A DNA stretch of 64,000 nt, taken from a virus. Below the pieces are notes generated by a model. That model was not told the origin of the DNA and made no database searches. It saw nothing but the letters and a program-made list of their open reading frames with translations. Each line of letters opens with the position of its first letter. Within the stretch, counting starts at the first letter, position 1. The stretch is from positions 32,001 to 96,000 of the IMG/VR virus record IMGVR_UViG_3300033149_004566, one strand, 5' to 3'. A program made the translations under genes and the position numbers. Positions 48,835 to 58,657 of the stretch are shown piece by piece.

Positions 48835-49313
48835 TGGGTGACCTATATTTTAAGTGGCTAGGCATACCATACGGTTGGGATTCTGATATTGGTACACAGA
48901 CAGAAGAATTAGTAAATAATTATATCGGAGATGCTGCTGTAAAATGGATTTTTACTGGTGATGGATTAACGCATTGGTTAGAATATGAAATACCTTCCGG
49001 TTCGGAAGTTAACCTAGCAAGTGGATCCCACACGCAAATGTGGGCAAAAATAAACTCGTCGCACGATATAAATTTTGATGACGTGTACATATATGATTTA
49101 AACGATAATTATTTTAGCAAGACAGCCGGATTGACAATATCTTCTGGATCGTTTCAGGACGTTCACGTGGATTTACGAAATCCGGATATTATGAGCGGTT
49201 CGTTGGATACGACCGCAATACATAGATTTAGAATGAATTTTGATACGGTTAATGGTGTTGAATACACTGTAATTGTAGACATGTTTAGATTTGAAAAGCC
49301 GTGGTCAAAATGA
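48834..49313 (+). CDS. Beta-sandwich (carbohydrate-binding-like) tail protein
   Basis: Beta-rich; W.K...VD..RF. Confidence 0.55.
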   Translation: MGDLYFKWLGIPYGWDSDIGTQTEELVNNYIGDAAVKWIFTGDGLTHWLEYEIPSGSEVNLASGSHTQMWAKINSSHDINFDDVYIYDLNDNYFSKTAGLTISSGSFQDVHVDLRNPDIMSGSLDTTAIHRFRMNFDTVNGVEYTVIVDMFRFEKPWSK

Positions 49314-49410
49314 TGATAATTGATAAGAGAAAATTAAAGGATAAAAAGAAAAAAACATCATACGGTTATACAGCCGAACAAAAAGAAAAATGGATTAAGA
49401 AAAGGCGACA

Positions 49411-50391
49411 ATGATGTCTGATCCCAGTGATGAATATACTATTCATGTAAATCATACTAATACAAATCATTATCCCGTGTATTCTGATCATTTTAATGAT
49501 GTCGTGAGAAGTAGCGGGGGCGATGCACCGTATGGTTTACAAAGAACAGTTGAAATGCGTTCATATGATAAGTTTGGCAATGTTGTCGGAAATACAAGAG
49601 AAGATGGCTCAGATTTAGAACCTGTTAGCGGTACTACTACCACGTTTACAATACTTAGTGGATCGGCTTATATAAAAGGTGTTAGATGTGATTTAGTAGA
49701 GAATGTTCCCATAACAATAGGCCCAAATGGCTATTATACATATTACGCAGAATTACCACCCGAATACGAAGATTCGTCCGATTACGAACCACCATACACT
49801 TTGGATAGCAACAACATATCCTATTATTATGATCCATCATCGTATCCTGATATCGTGGACGTCAATAAATTACCCATTGCTAAGGTTGATGTCGGATCCA
49901 CGTTTAGCGGCACGATGAATGAGTTAATAGATATACGGCAAATGTATTGTAAAGGACATGGAACAGATCAAGTTGTTCAAATCAGGCAATTAAACATTAC
50001 GGAAAGTGCAACGTTTAATGGGGTTAATATCACCGATTATACAGTACCAGTAGGAATGATAGGAATTTTTGACGCATCATGTCCATCTGGATGGACTCAC
50101 GTGTCTGCGTATAATGGAAAGTTTATCAGGGGAGCCGCATCTGCGGGTGCAACGGGCGGATCTGACACTATAGCAGCACATCACCATACAATACCATCAA
50201 TGTCTTATACAGGCAATACAGGAAGCGGCATAGGAACTTTTTCTCTCGTGTTACTTGGAGTGCCATCTGTTGTATTATTGGATCACACGCATTCTATGAA
50301 CCACACGCATTCGGCACAAACATCATCTGATGACGGCGGACACGATAACCGCCCATCATACATAGAAGTAGTGTTTTGCAAGAAGGATTAA
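49411..50391 (+). CDS. Tail fibre with collar domain and His-rich tip, paralog 1
   Basis: PVGMIGIFD..CPSGWT, GKFIRGA, TGGSD, HxH, DNRPSYI.VVFCKKD. Confidence 0.85.
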   Translation: MMSDPSDEYTIHVNHTNTNHYPVYSDHFNDVVRSSGGDAPYGLQRTVEMRSYDKFGNVVGNTREDGSDLEPVSGTTTTFTILSGSAYIKGVRCDLVENVPITIGPNGYYTYYAELPPEYEDSSDYEPPYTLDSNNISYYYDPSSYPDIVDVNKLPIAKVDVGSTFSGTMNELIDIRQMYCKGHGTDQVVQIRQLNITESATFNGVNITDYTVPVGMIGIFDASCPSGWTHVSAYNGKFIRGAASAGATGGSDTIAAHHHTIPSMSYTGNTGSGIGTFSLVLLGVPSVVLLDHTHSMNHTHSAQTSSDDGGHDNRPSYIEVVFCKKD

Positions 50392-50392
50392 A

Positions 50393-51328
50393 ATGGTAGA
50401 TAAATACACCACCAAAATAGAGACACATTTATCATTAATGGACGAAATGATAAATGATGTTAATAGAGATAACGATAAAGTGGGATTACAGCGAGCTATC
50501 GAGAACAGGATATTTGATAAGTTTGGAAACTTGGTGGGAAATACGAGTGAAAATGGAACCGATTTACAATGTGTTATGGATGAATCTATTACCATATCTA
50601 TAAAAAAAGGATGTGGATATATAAATGGTGTTAGATGCGTGTTGGAAAATGACATTTCATTCACTTTGAGTCAAGAAGACGGTTATTATATGATCTATTG
50701 TGAAGCACCGTCTAACGACATTCCACCTTATAATTTGACGTCTGAAAATTTTGGTTATGTCTATGATGAGGCATCGGTTCCGACCACGACTGAAATAGAT
50801 AGATTAATATTATCACGCGCCGTGATACAAAATGGCATAATTACAAGCATACATGATATGAGACAAATGTTTAATAACACGGCTTCTGGAATGATTGTTC
50901 AAGTTAGAAAAATAATAGGTATAGAAACAAGTGTTGCAAACATATTTGGTGACGAGCCATTGAGTGACTATCTAATACCTCCGGGCTTTATAGGAATATT
51001 TGACACCTTGTGTCCAAGTGGATGGACTCGATTGAGCGGTTCTGGAGAGCCGTTTTATAACAGGTTTATAGTGGGATCTTCGTCATATGGAAGCACTGGA
51101 GGCAGTGATTTTATAGATAATCACACGCATGTTGGTACTTATACGTTTACTGGCACTACGTCACAACATGGGGGCATAATAGGTTCGTCTCCTGGAATTC
51201 CATCTGTATTTCAATGGATAATACATTGGCATAATATAGATCACACGCACAATGTTACAACTATAGAGAATGGTGGGCACGACAATAGGCCAAGTTATAT
51301 AAATGTCGTGTTTTGTAAGAAAGATTAA
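50393..51328 (+). CDS. Tail fibre with collar domain and His-rich tip, paralog 2
   Basis: Colinear with 49411-50391. Confidence 0.85.
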   Translation: MVDKYTTKIETHLSLMDEMINDVNRDNDKVGLQRAIENRIFDKFGNLVGNTSENGTDLQCVMDESITISIKKGCGYINGVRCVLENDISFTLSQEDGYYMIYCEAPSNDIPPYNLTSENFGYVYDEASVPTTTEIDRLILSRAVIQNGIITSIHDMRQMFNNTASGMIVQVRKIIGIETSVANIFGDEPLSDYLIPPGFIGIFDTLCPSGWTRLSGSGEPFYNRFIVGSSSYGSTGGSDFIDNHTHVGTYTFTGTTSQHGGIIGSSPGIPSVFQWIIHWHNIDHTHNVTTIENGGHDNRPSYINVVFCKKD

Positions 51329-51342
51329 AAGGAGGTCTTTGT

Positions 51343-51591
51343 ATGCAAGATATCTTGAATTTGAAAAGAAAATGTAAGTACATCAAAACGGATCGTGGCC
51401 CTGAGCCATGTCCAAGAAAAGAAGAGGACATCACGGATGCCACTTGTATTGCTTGTTTGAGCAATTTAAATCTGATAGTACTTACTGATCTTAAAGCAAA
51501 TACATACAATGCTCTTGAAACAATTTCAAACCAGATCAGAAAGATCTGTGGAAGATTAAAGAATATAGAGAGCGCGCTTTATGAAAAGTAA
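51343..51591 (+). CDS. Small Cys-containing hypothetical protein
   Basis: GGAGGT SD. Confidence 0.65.
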   Translation: MQDILNLKRKCKYIKTDRGPEPCPRKEEDITDATCIACLSNLNLIVLTDLKANTYNALETISNQIRKICGRLKNIESALYEK

Positions 51592-51602
51592 ATGGTGAAA
51601 AC

Positions 51603-52157
51603 ATGATTGAAATAGTTCAACTGATTCTTTTGGTATTGTTGAATTGTTCTATAGGAGCTATAACAGCTGGAGTATATCGTTTATGTCAGGAAAATTTAGC
51701 CGATGGTCTTCAAAGATCGGAAGCGGTACGCATTCTTCAACAATCTGGATTTGGCGCACTTTATGGTAGTCTGGTAGTAGTGGTTTTATGGACTGCAATT
51801 GGATGGCTAGTTTTATTTCATCCATGGATGGGCGTGACCATTATTTCTACTATAACTCCCATTTTGGGCGGATCGGATCTGACAATCCTTATAAAAAATA
51901 AGGTAAAACAATTGATCAGGCCGAAAACGGACGATGAGAAAGCCGTGATAATCAAGGAACAACTCGCAGAAATAAAGAATTTACAAGAAACAGTAGAATC
52001 TCTAACGGATCAGGTTGATGACTTGTTAAATGGCAAGAATATAGAATTGAGACCACTTCTTAATGAACCAAACACAACGGATGTCGAAGATAAAGAGGAC
52101 AATGAGTTATTAAAAGCTGCAGAGGCACCCAATGGTGATGAAACGGAAGAACTTTAA
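51603..52157 (+). CDS. Membrane protein (3 TM + coiled coil), holin-like position
   Basis: Hydrophobic segments; GGTGA SD. Confidence 0.65.
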   Translation: MIEIVQLILLVLLNCSIGAITAGVYRLCQENLADGLQRSEAVRILQQSGFGALYGSLVVVVLWTAIGWLVLFHPWMGVTIISTITPILGGSDLTILIKNKVKQLIRPKTDDEKAVIIKEQLAEIKNLQETVESLTDQVDDLLNGKNIELRPLLNEPNTTDVEDKEDNELLKAAEAPNGDETEEL

Positions 52158-52800
52158 AACGTTGGAAAAAATATACACGCGAGTTTTTCTCGCACCATTT
52201 TTTATTTTATCCATCATTACGCTGATGGGTTGCTACTTGCATTATCCCGTGCAAATAGTGTCGTTCATCTGTGCCATGCTCTTATTGGTTGATGTGGAGC
52301 TCTATTACTTGGGAATGACCAAGCGAGATCTAGAGAGAAGATTTGGAATGAGCACCGGTAAGCTGGCATTATCAAAACATGTTTTGAGAAAACAGATATT
52401 CAATTTTATAAGATACGATTTGAGAATTTATATTTTTGCATTATTATCGTTGATATTTTTCATAATTTCATTATACGGCGCGACTTTTATAATACCAATG
52501 ATATATAGTTATGCGCCGTTTCTCATATTTTCCACTACAATACCACAATCTTACAAGTTAAAAAAATTGGGCAATGAGGCTTGTCAAATACAGAAAAAAT
52601 GCCACGAGCAAATAGAAATGATTACTAGAACGTATTCAAAGATGGATGTAGGTAGCAGGAAGTATGCATCCAGAGAAATAAGAAATAAGTCCATGATAGC
52701 AAAAAGACAAGTTGAATTCATTGAAAAAACTACTGCCGGAATGAATTATAAGTTTGAAATATTCAAGTACGTGTTTACTGCAATAGTATTATTATTATGA
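52132..52800 (+). CDS. Multi-TM membrane protein
   Basis: Four to five hydrophobic segments. Confidence 0.65.
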   Translation: MVMKRKNFKTLEKIYTRVFLAPFFILSIITLMGCYLHYPVQIVSFICAMLLLVDVELYYLGMTKRDLERRFGMSTGKLALSKHVLRKQIFNFIRYDLRIYIFALLSLIFFIISLYGATFIIPMIYSYAPFLIFSTTIPQSYKLKKLGNEACQIQKKCHEQIEMITRTYSKMDVGSRKYASREIRNKSMIAKRQVEFIEKTTAGMNYKFEIFKYVFTAIVLLL

Positions 52801-52809
52801 GGTGATGCA

Positions 52810-53742
52810 ATGAAAGAAATAAAAATAATCTGTGGAAATCGTGGAGGTTGCGGAAAAACCAGGTTGATGGTTGCGGAAACAATCTTTCACATTCGCAAGA
52901 ATCAGAAAACGGTGACGTTCGATTGGAATCTTAATAATCCGGATTTTCTCGCCATAATGCATTTCTTTAACAAGGATCACACTGAGATAGACAATAGGAT
53001 AATTTCTACTGAAGTTTTCGTGGACAACACAAAAAAGAGGCTGAAAATATTTTATCCGATGAATGCACATCAATTACAGGACGATGAATTTTGGAAATAT
53101 TTAAAAGGTGTTTTAGATTCGACAAGAAGAGACACCATACTCATTGTTGATACCAGGGTAGATATAACCAGATTGCCGTGCTGGAATGGCGAGTGCGTCA
53201 AGTACATGGAGAGATTTAAGGACATCAAAATAACCATTTATTATATTTGGGGTTGGGTCTATAGATATGATGAGCTCGATCTCATCAAGCAATCGTACGG
53301 ATGGCTGAGAAAATATCTTCCAAATGTCAACTTCGTGCACGTGTGGAACGTAAACGAGCAAAAAAATCCCAAGAAATTGTTCAAGTCAATATACAAAAAA
53401 TACAAGAAATTGTTGTTGAAAAGCACTAAAAGAAGAATTTCAATAAGGACGTTATTGGAATTGATAGAATCTTTAAACTTCTCGCACGATACGGATGAAG
53501 TTGATGCAAACGACATACCTGAAGCGATATGGGAAGAATGTTTTGAAAAGATGATAGACATGGTTTCGGGAAAGCACGCGATTTACAACTGGCTTCTGAT
53601 ACCGGAAAAAATCGACATGTCGTTCAGCACCGATGCAGATATAGCCGGAAATAGAAGCGATATAAGATTATTGGAAAGCAACATGAAAAAGTTTTACAAA
53701 TACGTTTACGATTTTGAAAAAATGCGCGATAAACTGGCCTAG
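52810..53742 (+). CDS. ParA/MinD-like P-loop NTPase (divergent)
   Basis: GNRGGCGKT, TFDWN..NP, ILIVDT. Confidence 0.75.
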   Translation: MKEIKIICGNRGGCGKTRLMVAETIFHIRKNQKTVTFDWNLNNPDFLAIMHFFNKDHTEIDNRIISTEVFVDNTKKRLKIFYPMNAHQLQDDEFWKYLKGVLDSTRRDTILIVDTRVDITRLPCWNGECVKYMERFKDIKITIYYIWGWVYRYDELDLIKQSYGWLRKYLPNVNFVHVWNVNEQKNPKKLFKSIYKKYKKLLLKSTKRRISIRTLLELIESLNFSHDTDEVDANDIPEAIWEECFEKMIDMVSGKHAIYNWLLIPEKIDMSFSTDADIAGNRSDIRLLESNMKKFYKYVYDFEKMRDKLA

Positions 53743-53867
53743 AGTTTGCGATTATTGCGCGGGTTTTGTGCCTCCTTTCCCGCGCGTGTTCCGGACGGAC
53801 TGTCCCGCGGACAGGTTTACGGTTTTATCGTGCCAAAAAAAAATAAAATGTAAAAAGAGTTTGAATA

Positions 53868-53907
53868 AAAAAATTAATAAAAAAAGGCCCGCCTCTCGGC
53901 AGGGCCT
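53868..53907 (-). terminator. Hairpin + U-tract terminator of the leftward operon
   Basis: Minus strand AGGCCCtGCC-GAGA-GGCGGGCCT then TTTTTTATTAATTTTTTT, 2 nt after the stop. Confidence 0.75.
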
Positions 53908-53909
53908 GT

Positions 53910-54263
53910 TCATTCATCCAATTCCAATGCTTCTTCAGGATACCAGAAGTCGTTTTCCAGAAGGTAGAGTCCGTTTGATATCAACACGTCTTTTATTTTA
54001 AATGTCTTTCCGATAAATTTCTCCATTTTGCCGTCTATCCAAATGATTCCATCGTGTAGAAGCACTTTTTTTACTTTTACACTGTCGTTTATTTTAAACA
54101 TTTTTGGCGATTTATCGGTTATTTCCTGACATGTCGACGAACTACTGCTCTTATCGCACGACATGGCGCATTTTATTTTACATAAATGACAACATCTGTA
54201 AGATTTTACGATTTCGTTTTTACAACCATTATTTTTTATATGGATCTTACAATATATATTCAT
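53910..54263 (-). CDS. Cys-rich + SH3/KOW-like protein; stand-alone paralog of the E2 N-terminus
   Basis: YCK.HIK..GC.N.I.KSY.CC..C and I.D.....VL....I.W...W.P.E shared with 61980-63203. Confidence 0.8.
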   Translation of the reverse strand: MNIYCKIHIKNNGCKNEIVKSYRCCHLCKIKCAMSCDKSSSSSTCQEITDKSPKMFKINDSVKVKKVLLHDGIIWIDGKMEKFIGKTFKIKDVLISNGLYLLENDFWYPEEALELDE

Positions 54264-54264
54264 G

Positions 54265-54618
54265 TTACAACCTTCCTAACACGTCTTTTAACGTGTCTGT
54301 TACCGTTAGAGGAATGTTTTTTATTTTTTCTTTACTTTCGGTGTTATCTTTTTTATATTTTACGTGTTTCATTACAATGTACCACATCTGTATTATAAAT
54401 GCGGCCAGATGTGTCAACTTCATGGTATCTCCATTCTCTATCTCTATAAAAGTCTCGAGAAGAGAATTAAGATCTTCTTCAAATTTACTTCCAGAAAAAT
54501 CTCCTGCTGTTATGTGTAGCAGGTAAATCATTTCCATGGTTTCCGCAAAGTTTAATTTCTCGCGGAATAATTTATTTTTTAACTCGTATTTTCTTTTATC
54601 AATATCTACGCTTTTCAT
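54265..54618 (-). CDS. Hypothetical protein
   Basis: ATGA coupling; lacks the array Cys motif. Confidence 0.65.
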   Translation of the reverse strand: MKSVDIDKRKYELKNKLFREKLNFAETMEMIYLLHITAGDFSGSKFEEDLNSLLETFIEIENGDTMKLTHLAAFIIQMWYIVMKHVKYKKDNTESKEKIKNIPLTVTDTLKDVLGRL

Positions 54619-55004
54619 GTTCTATCACGCATTATATTTAATATGTTTCTATCATTATTTATTTTTTTTACCATATATTTAAATATGGTATCTTCGGATA
54701 AGTGTGTTATTATGACCGATGGATTACTTAAGGCACACATGATGTTTTCTTCGGTCGGGTTTTCATCGCAAATGTATGAACAATCCTTGCACGGATTGCA
54801 TGATTTGCAATAATATTCGAGAGCGGCCTTGATAAATAAGTCTATGATTATCGAACCAGTATTTTTCTTGAATCTGGTAATCATCCCGAAAAAATCTCCA
54901 TCTGTTATTCTTTTATTATTCGGTTGTTTACCAGACATCTTACATATTATTAAGTTTCCATATAAATTATAAATGATGACATTTGTTATTTCCACAATTA
55001 TCAT
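54615..55004 (-). CDS. CxxCxxCxxC array member 15
   Basis: YCKSCNPCKDC. Confidence 0.75.
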   Translation of the reverse strand: MIIVEITNVIIYNLYGNLIICKMSGKQPNNKRITDGDFFGMITRFKKNTGSIIIDLFIKAALEYYCKSCNPCKDCSYICDENPTEENIMCALSNPSVIITHLSEDTIFKYMVKKINNDRNILNIMRDRT

Positions 55005-55369
55005 CCTTCTACAGTTCTATAAATTTTGAGCAAGCGTCTTATTTCCGGAATCGTAAGCTCGTCAATAATATCTTCTATCTGGAACTCATCGAGATAGTTT
55101 TCAATGTTTCCCCATGTGTTTTCGACGATCTTTATCAGATCATCATGGTTGCATCTTGCCGGCAGCGTGCATTTTCTACCGGCACATATACGACAGTTTT
55201 TTACATGGGGATTATTATATATTATCGAACACACGTCATATTTGGTCATCAAATTTGTCTTTTCTATTATAAATTTAACGATGTCTGAAATAGCGTCTTG
55301 ATCGTATTCATCTTTTATGAACACTTTTTTTAATATTATGTTGCCAGACAATATTTCCATGCATATCAT
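55001..55369 (-). CDS. Array member 14 (divergent Cys spacing)
   Basis: CRICAGRKCTLPARC; IENYLDEFQIEDIIDELTIPEI. Confidence 0.7.
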   Translation of the reverse strand: MICMEILSGNIILKKVFIKDEYDQDAISDIVKFIIEKTNLMTKYDVCSIIYNNPHVKNCRICAGRKCTLPARCNHDDLIKIVENTWGNIENYLDEFQIEDIIDELTIPEIRRLLKIYRTVEG

Positions 55370-55734
55370 GTATTCATCTCCACCAGATATTTCATGATTA
55401 GATAGTCGAGCGGCAATTTTTCAGTTATTTTGTCCTTTGACACGAACTTCAATATTGATTTCACGTCGTAATATTCTCTTATGACAATACTAAATGGCGT
55501 TGTAGTGTAGTCGATCTCAACCAGATGACAGTCCAGACATTTTTTACAATTAAACCAATAGCATTCTATTTCTCTCATTAGCATATCTCCGTATTTTTTT
55601 TGTATTTTTTTCCAATCATTGAAATCTCTTGACGCTTGCCTGATCTCCAAGTAAACGTAATATCGTTCGGCTTTTACTGAAGTTCTCTCCATGATGGCAT
55701 TTTCTTTGTATATTTTACAAGTTACAACGTTCAT
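55366..55734 (-). CDS. Array member 13
   Basis: CYWFNCKKCLDC. Confidence 0.75.
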   Translation of the reverse strand: MNVVTCKIYKENAIMERTSVKAERYYVYLEIRQASRDFNDWKKIQKKYGDMLMREIECYWFNCKKCLDCHLVEIDYTTTPFSIVIREYYDVKSILKFVSKDKITEKLPLDYLIMKYLVEMNT

Positions 55735-56062
55735 GATAATACTCCAGTAAGATTTTGTTGTCTATACTTTTTAATCTGCGCTGCTCGGGTATTTCGATTA
55801 TTACTGCCGTTGCTCCGATAAAGTAGTACACGATATCGTGTAAAGTTAGTCCGCTGGCGTTAAAATAATTACAATATTCACACTTGTAGCATTCATCGAG
55901 TCTAAGATCACATGAAAGGACGTTTCCTATGATCTTAGATGTTAACAGATGGTGTCTGCGCAATATGATGAAAATTTTTTCCGCAATGACGTTGATATAA
56001 CGCATAACGTTTTTTGATAATATGTTTAAGGAATTCTTGAAGTCTATCACTTCAATTTTCAT
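55715..56062 (-). CDS. Array member 12
   Basis: C......CYKCEYCNYFNA...L.DIVY. Confidence 0.75.
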   Translation of the reverse strand: MKIEVIDFKNSLNILSKNVMRYINVIAEKIFIILRRHHLLTSKIIGNVLSCDLRLDECYKCEYCNYFNASGLTLHDIVYYFIGATAVIIEIPEQRRLKSIDNKILLEYYHERCNL

Positions 56063-56394
56063 CTTATTGCCCCCGTTTTTCTAAGATATGCTTTCTTCAA
56101 TTGTTTTTTAGAGAAACGTTTGAATATGTATTTTAAATCGACATGTTGTAATAATGCCCGCGGAGTGTAAACGGTATATATGATGTCTTCGAGTCCTTCG
56201 TAAAGGTTAATGTTGATGTAATCACAATCATCGCATGCTAACGGGCAGTCATCGCATAAATATTCATATACCGCTTTTTTTATTTCCGGGTTTATTACCG
56301 ATAAAACCCTAATGTTGACTGAAAATACGTCTGTGCTCTTACTAGATGCAGTTATTATATTTTTATAGGTTTCATTTAGAGATATCTTTAACAT
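56059..56394 (-). CDS. Array member 11
   Basis: LCDDCPLACDDCDY...LEDIIY. Confidence 0.78.
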   Translation of the reverse strand: MLKISLNETYKNIITASSKSTDVFSVNIRVLSVINPEIKKAVYEYLCDDCPLACDDCDYININLYEGLEDIIYTVYTPRALLQHVDLKYIFKRFSKKQLKKAYLRKTGAIR

Positions 56395-56692
56395 TATAAT
56401 CGACCATTAAATTAATATCAGATAGATATTTTAATATTAACTCTTTTCCTATGCATGTAAGTAAGATTTCTACGTTAAATATCGCGTATATCATCTTTCT
56501 CAAGCTGAAAAACGAGTTAAAATCGGCTCCATCACAATCGTCACACTTGTCGCAATTTTCACACAATTTTTCATACACTATTTTTTTCATGTCGGTTTTT
56601 GTCATCGTGATAATCAATTGTATTAATTTTATAATGTTGCCAGACGACATTAATCTATTTTTATGTATCTCACAATATATTATTTTTATCAT
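56372..56692 (-). CDS. Array member 10
   Basis: LCENCDKCDDCD...LRKMIY. Confidence 0.78.
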   Translation of the reverse strand: MIKIIYCEIHKNRLMSSGNIIKLIQLIITMTKTDMKKIVYEKLCENCDKCDDCDGADFNSFFSLRKMIYAIFNVEILLTCIGKELILKYLSDINLMVDYNVKDISK

Positions 56693-56987
56693 TATAATCG
56701 ACTATCAAGATTTCATCGTGCAAGTGTTTTAATATTTCCGACTTTCCTATAAAAGAAAGCACGGTTTTTATATTGTATATATCATATATCAATTTTTTCA
56801 GGTCTAAAATAACCCTCATGTTTAATCCATCACATACATCACACATATCACATTCGTTGCAATAATCTGGAATTGCTTTTTTTAATGCATAACGAAGATC
56901 GTAAATGACTGCAAGCCCCTTTAATTCAAAATCGTTTTTTTTGGACTGTAATTTCAAATTTTTATGATACAGGATTATATAATTCAA
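56670..56987 (-). CDS. Array member 9
   Basis: YCNECDMCDVCD...LKKLIY. Confidence 0.78.
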   Translation of the reverse strand: MNYIILYHKNLKLQSKKNDFELKGLAVIYDLRYALKKAIPDYCNECDMCDVCDGLNMRVILDLKKLIYDIYNIKTVLSFIGKSEILKHLHDEILIVDYNDKNNIL

Positions 56988-56988
56988 C

Positions 56989-57300
56989 TCACTCCACTGT
57001 CCTCAATTCCAGTTCGTTTAACAGGTCTCCGGTTTTTAATTTCTCGAGGATGTCTTTCACGTTTATATGTTTTAATACGTTCAAAAAACCAAATACATAA
57101 TATATCATGTAGAAAATAGATTTATTGCGGCTATCCACGAATTCGCATCTCTCACACATGTTACATTTGTTACAATAATCCTGAAATATAGTTATCTTGA
57201 CAGCTGGATGCATGTACATGGGATCGACAATTAATGAGATTGACGAATTGTCTAAGGACATAAATTTCAAGTTTAAATATTTAGTTCTCAATATTTTCAT
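56989..57300 (-). CDS. Array member 8
   Basis: YCNKCNMCERCEF...MIY. Confidence 0.78.
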   Translation of the reverse strand: MKILRTKYLNLKFMSLDNSSISLIVDPMYMHPAVKITIFQDYCNKCNMCERCEFVDSRNKSIFYMIYYVFGFLNVLKHINVKDILEKLKTGDLLNELELRTVE

Positions 57301-57641
57301 ATCGTCGCATCCGTAAGACGATTTAATAAGTAATCAGTGTCAATATTTTTGAGCAGAATTGTTTTCTCTATGCATGTTATTATGTCAAATAATTCAAAAT
57401 AATCGTTTACTATTTGTCTGATTGTCATAAAAGATGCATCAAAATATTCACAGTTATCACATCGCACGCAATAGTTACAAATATTATCCCAGAGCACGTC
57501 GTAATACTCCGTGCTTCCAAAAAATTCACTTGTAATTAACATGTATGATAACAACTTGTATACGCTTGCTCTATCATCAAGACCCACTGATATTTTTTCG
57601 CCACTCATATTTTGCACGATATCGACAAACATAATTTTCAT
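57297..57641 (-). CDS. Array member 7
   Basis: ICNYCVRCDNCEYFDA. Confidence 0.78.
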   Translation of the reverse strand: MKIMFVDIVQNMSGEKISVGLDDRASVYKLLSYMLITSEFFGSTEYYDVLWDNICNYCVRCDNCEYFDASFMTIRQIVNDYFELFDIITCIEKTILLKNIDTDYLLNRLTDATI

Positions 57642-57982
57642 TAACCATGCTCCTCCAAGTGTTGCATTAATTTTTTCGTGCTCAGATATTTTAGCATTGT
57701 TTTTTTATCCACATAATTCATAATTTCATATATATCAAAATATTCGTATATAATATCTCCTAAATACATTGCAGCGGCGTTGAAGTAGTCACAGTCGCTA
57801 CATATTTCACAACTGTCACACACGCCACTAAATTCATCATGTATCATGGAGTACAATTTTTCGCATCTAATTGCATTCAGAAAGAAACCAATATTTTCAC
57901 ATTTGATGACGTTTGACTGCAATCTTTTCAGGTTTCTTACATCCAAATCATGAATTACGGATACGGACATTGCCATTTTCAT
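57641..57982 (-). CDS. Array member 6
   Basis: VCDSCEICSDCDYFNA...LGDIIY. Confidence 0.78.
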   Translation of the reverse strand: MKMAMSVSVIHDLDVRNLKRLQSNVIKCENIGFFLNAIRCEKLYSMIHDEFSGVCDSCEICSDCDYFNAAAMYLGDIIYEYFDIYEIMNYVDKKTMLKYLSTKKLMQHLEEHG

Positions 57983-58347
57983 GCTATCGTCGCCCTTTCA
58001 AAATAAGATTTTAACATGTCGGTGGACACGTGATCGAGCAACACGCGCTTGCTCCATTTTGATGCAATGTGTTTTAAGATCTCATAATCGCCAAATTTAC
58101 TATATATGATGTTATCAAGTGATGGATCGGTTGCATCAAAAAAATTACAGTAAATGCATTTATCACATTTATAACATATATATTTTTTAATAAATTCTCT
58201 ATCGTGTATCATTCTATCTGGATCTGCGATTTTTCTCGACAGATAATATATGATGTCGTCGTCGTCTACATTTAACATATAAAGATAATAATCGGTTTTT
58301 AAGTTTCTTGTTGTCAAAAGCATCCCATCAAACAATAATATTTTCAT
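57979..58347 (-). CDS. Array member 5
   Basis: ICYKCDKCIYCNFFDA...LDNIIY. Confidence 0.78.
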   Translation of the reverse strand: MKILLFDGMLLTTRNLKTDYYLYMLNVDDDDIIYYLSRKIADPDRMIHDREFIKKYICYKCDKCIYCNFFDATDPSLDNIIYSKFGDYEILKHIASKWSKRVLLDHVSTDMLKSYFERATIA

Positions 58348-58657
58348 CCTTTTTCACCAATGCGTTCGTATCGATGTGTTTTAGTATGGCAGTTTTTTCC
58401 ACGTATTTCAATAATTCGTGGCTATCAAACATCAAATATATCATTTCCTCCAAGCTTTTAAATATGGAGTAGTTGATATATTCGCATCCCACGCATGTTT
58501 GACATTGCCCACATTTCACGTGCTTGAAGGTGGCAAGCGCGTCTTCTTCTAACATGGCGTCTTGAAAAGGCTCTAAAAAATACGGATCGATACCGTTATA
58601 TTTACAAAATTTAAAAGATAGATTTTGTTTATCTGTGCAAAATAACAATACTTTCAT
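58328..58657 (-). CDS. Array member 4
   Basis: KCGQCQTCVGCEY...LEEMIY. Confidence 0.78.
   Translation of the reverse strand: MKVLLFCTDKQNLSFKFCKYNGIDPYFLEPFQDAMLEEDALATFKHVKCGQCQTCVGCEYINYSIFKSLEEMIYLMFDSHELLKYVEKTAILKHIDTNALVKKDENIIV

Noticed and set aside
49411-51328. DGR template/variable repeat or invertible fibre cassette
   Set aside because: Differences are not adenine-specific, both genes are in the same orientation, and no RT or invertase is in the window
53714-54001. 95-aa plus-strand Cys-containing ORF
   Set aside because: Runs through A-tracts, the terminator and the convergent gene; a short real peptide cannot be excluded but is unsupported
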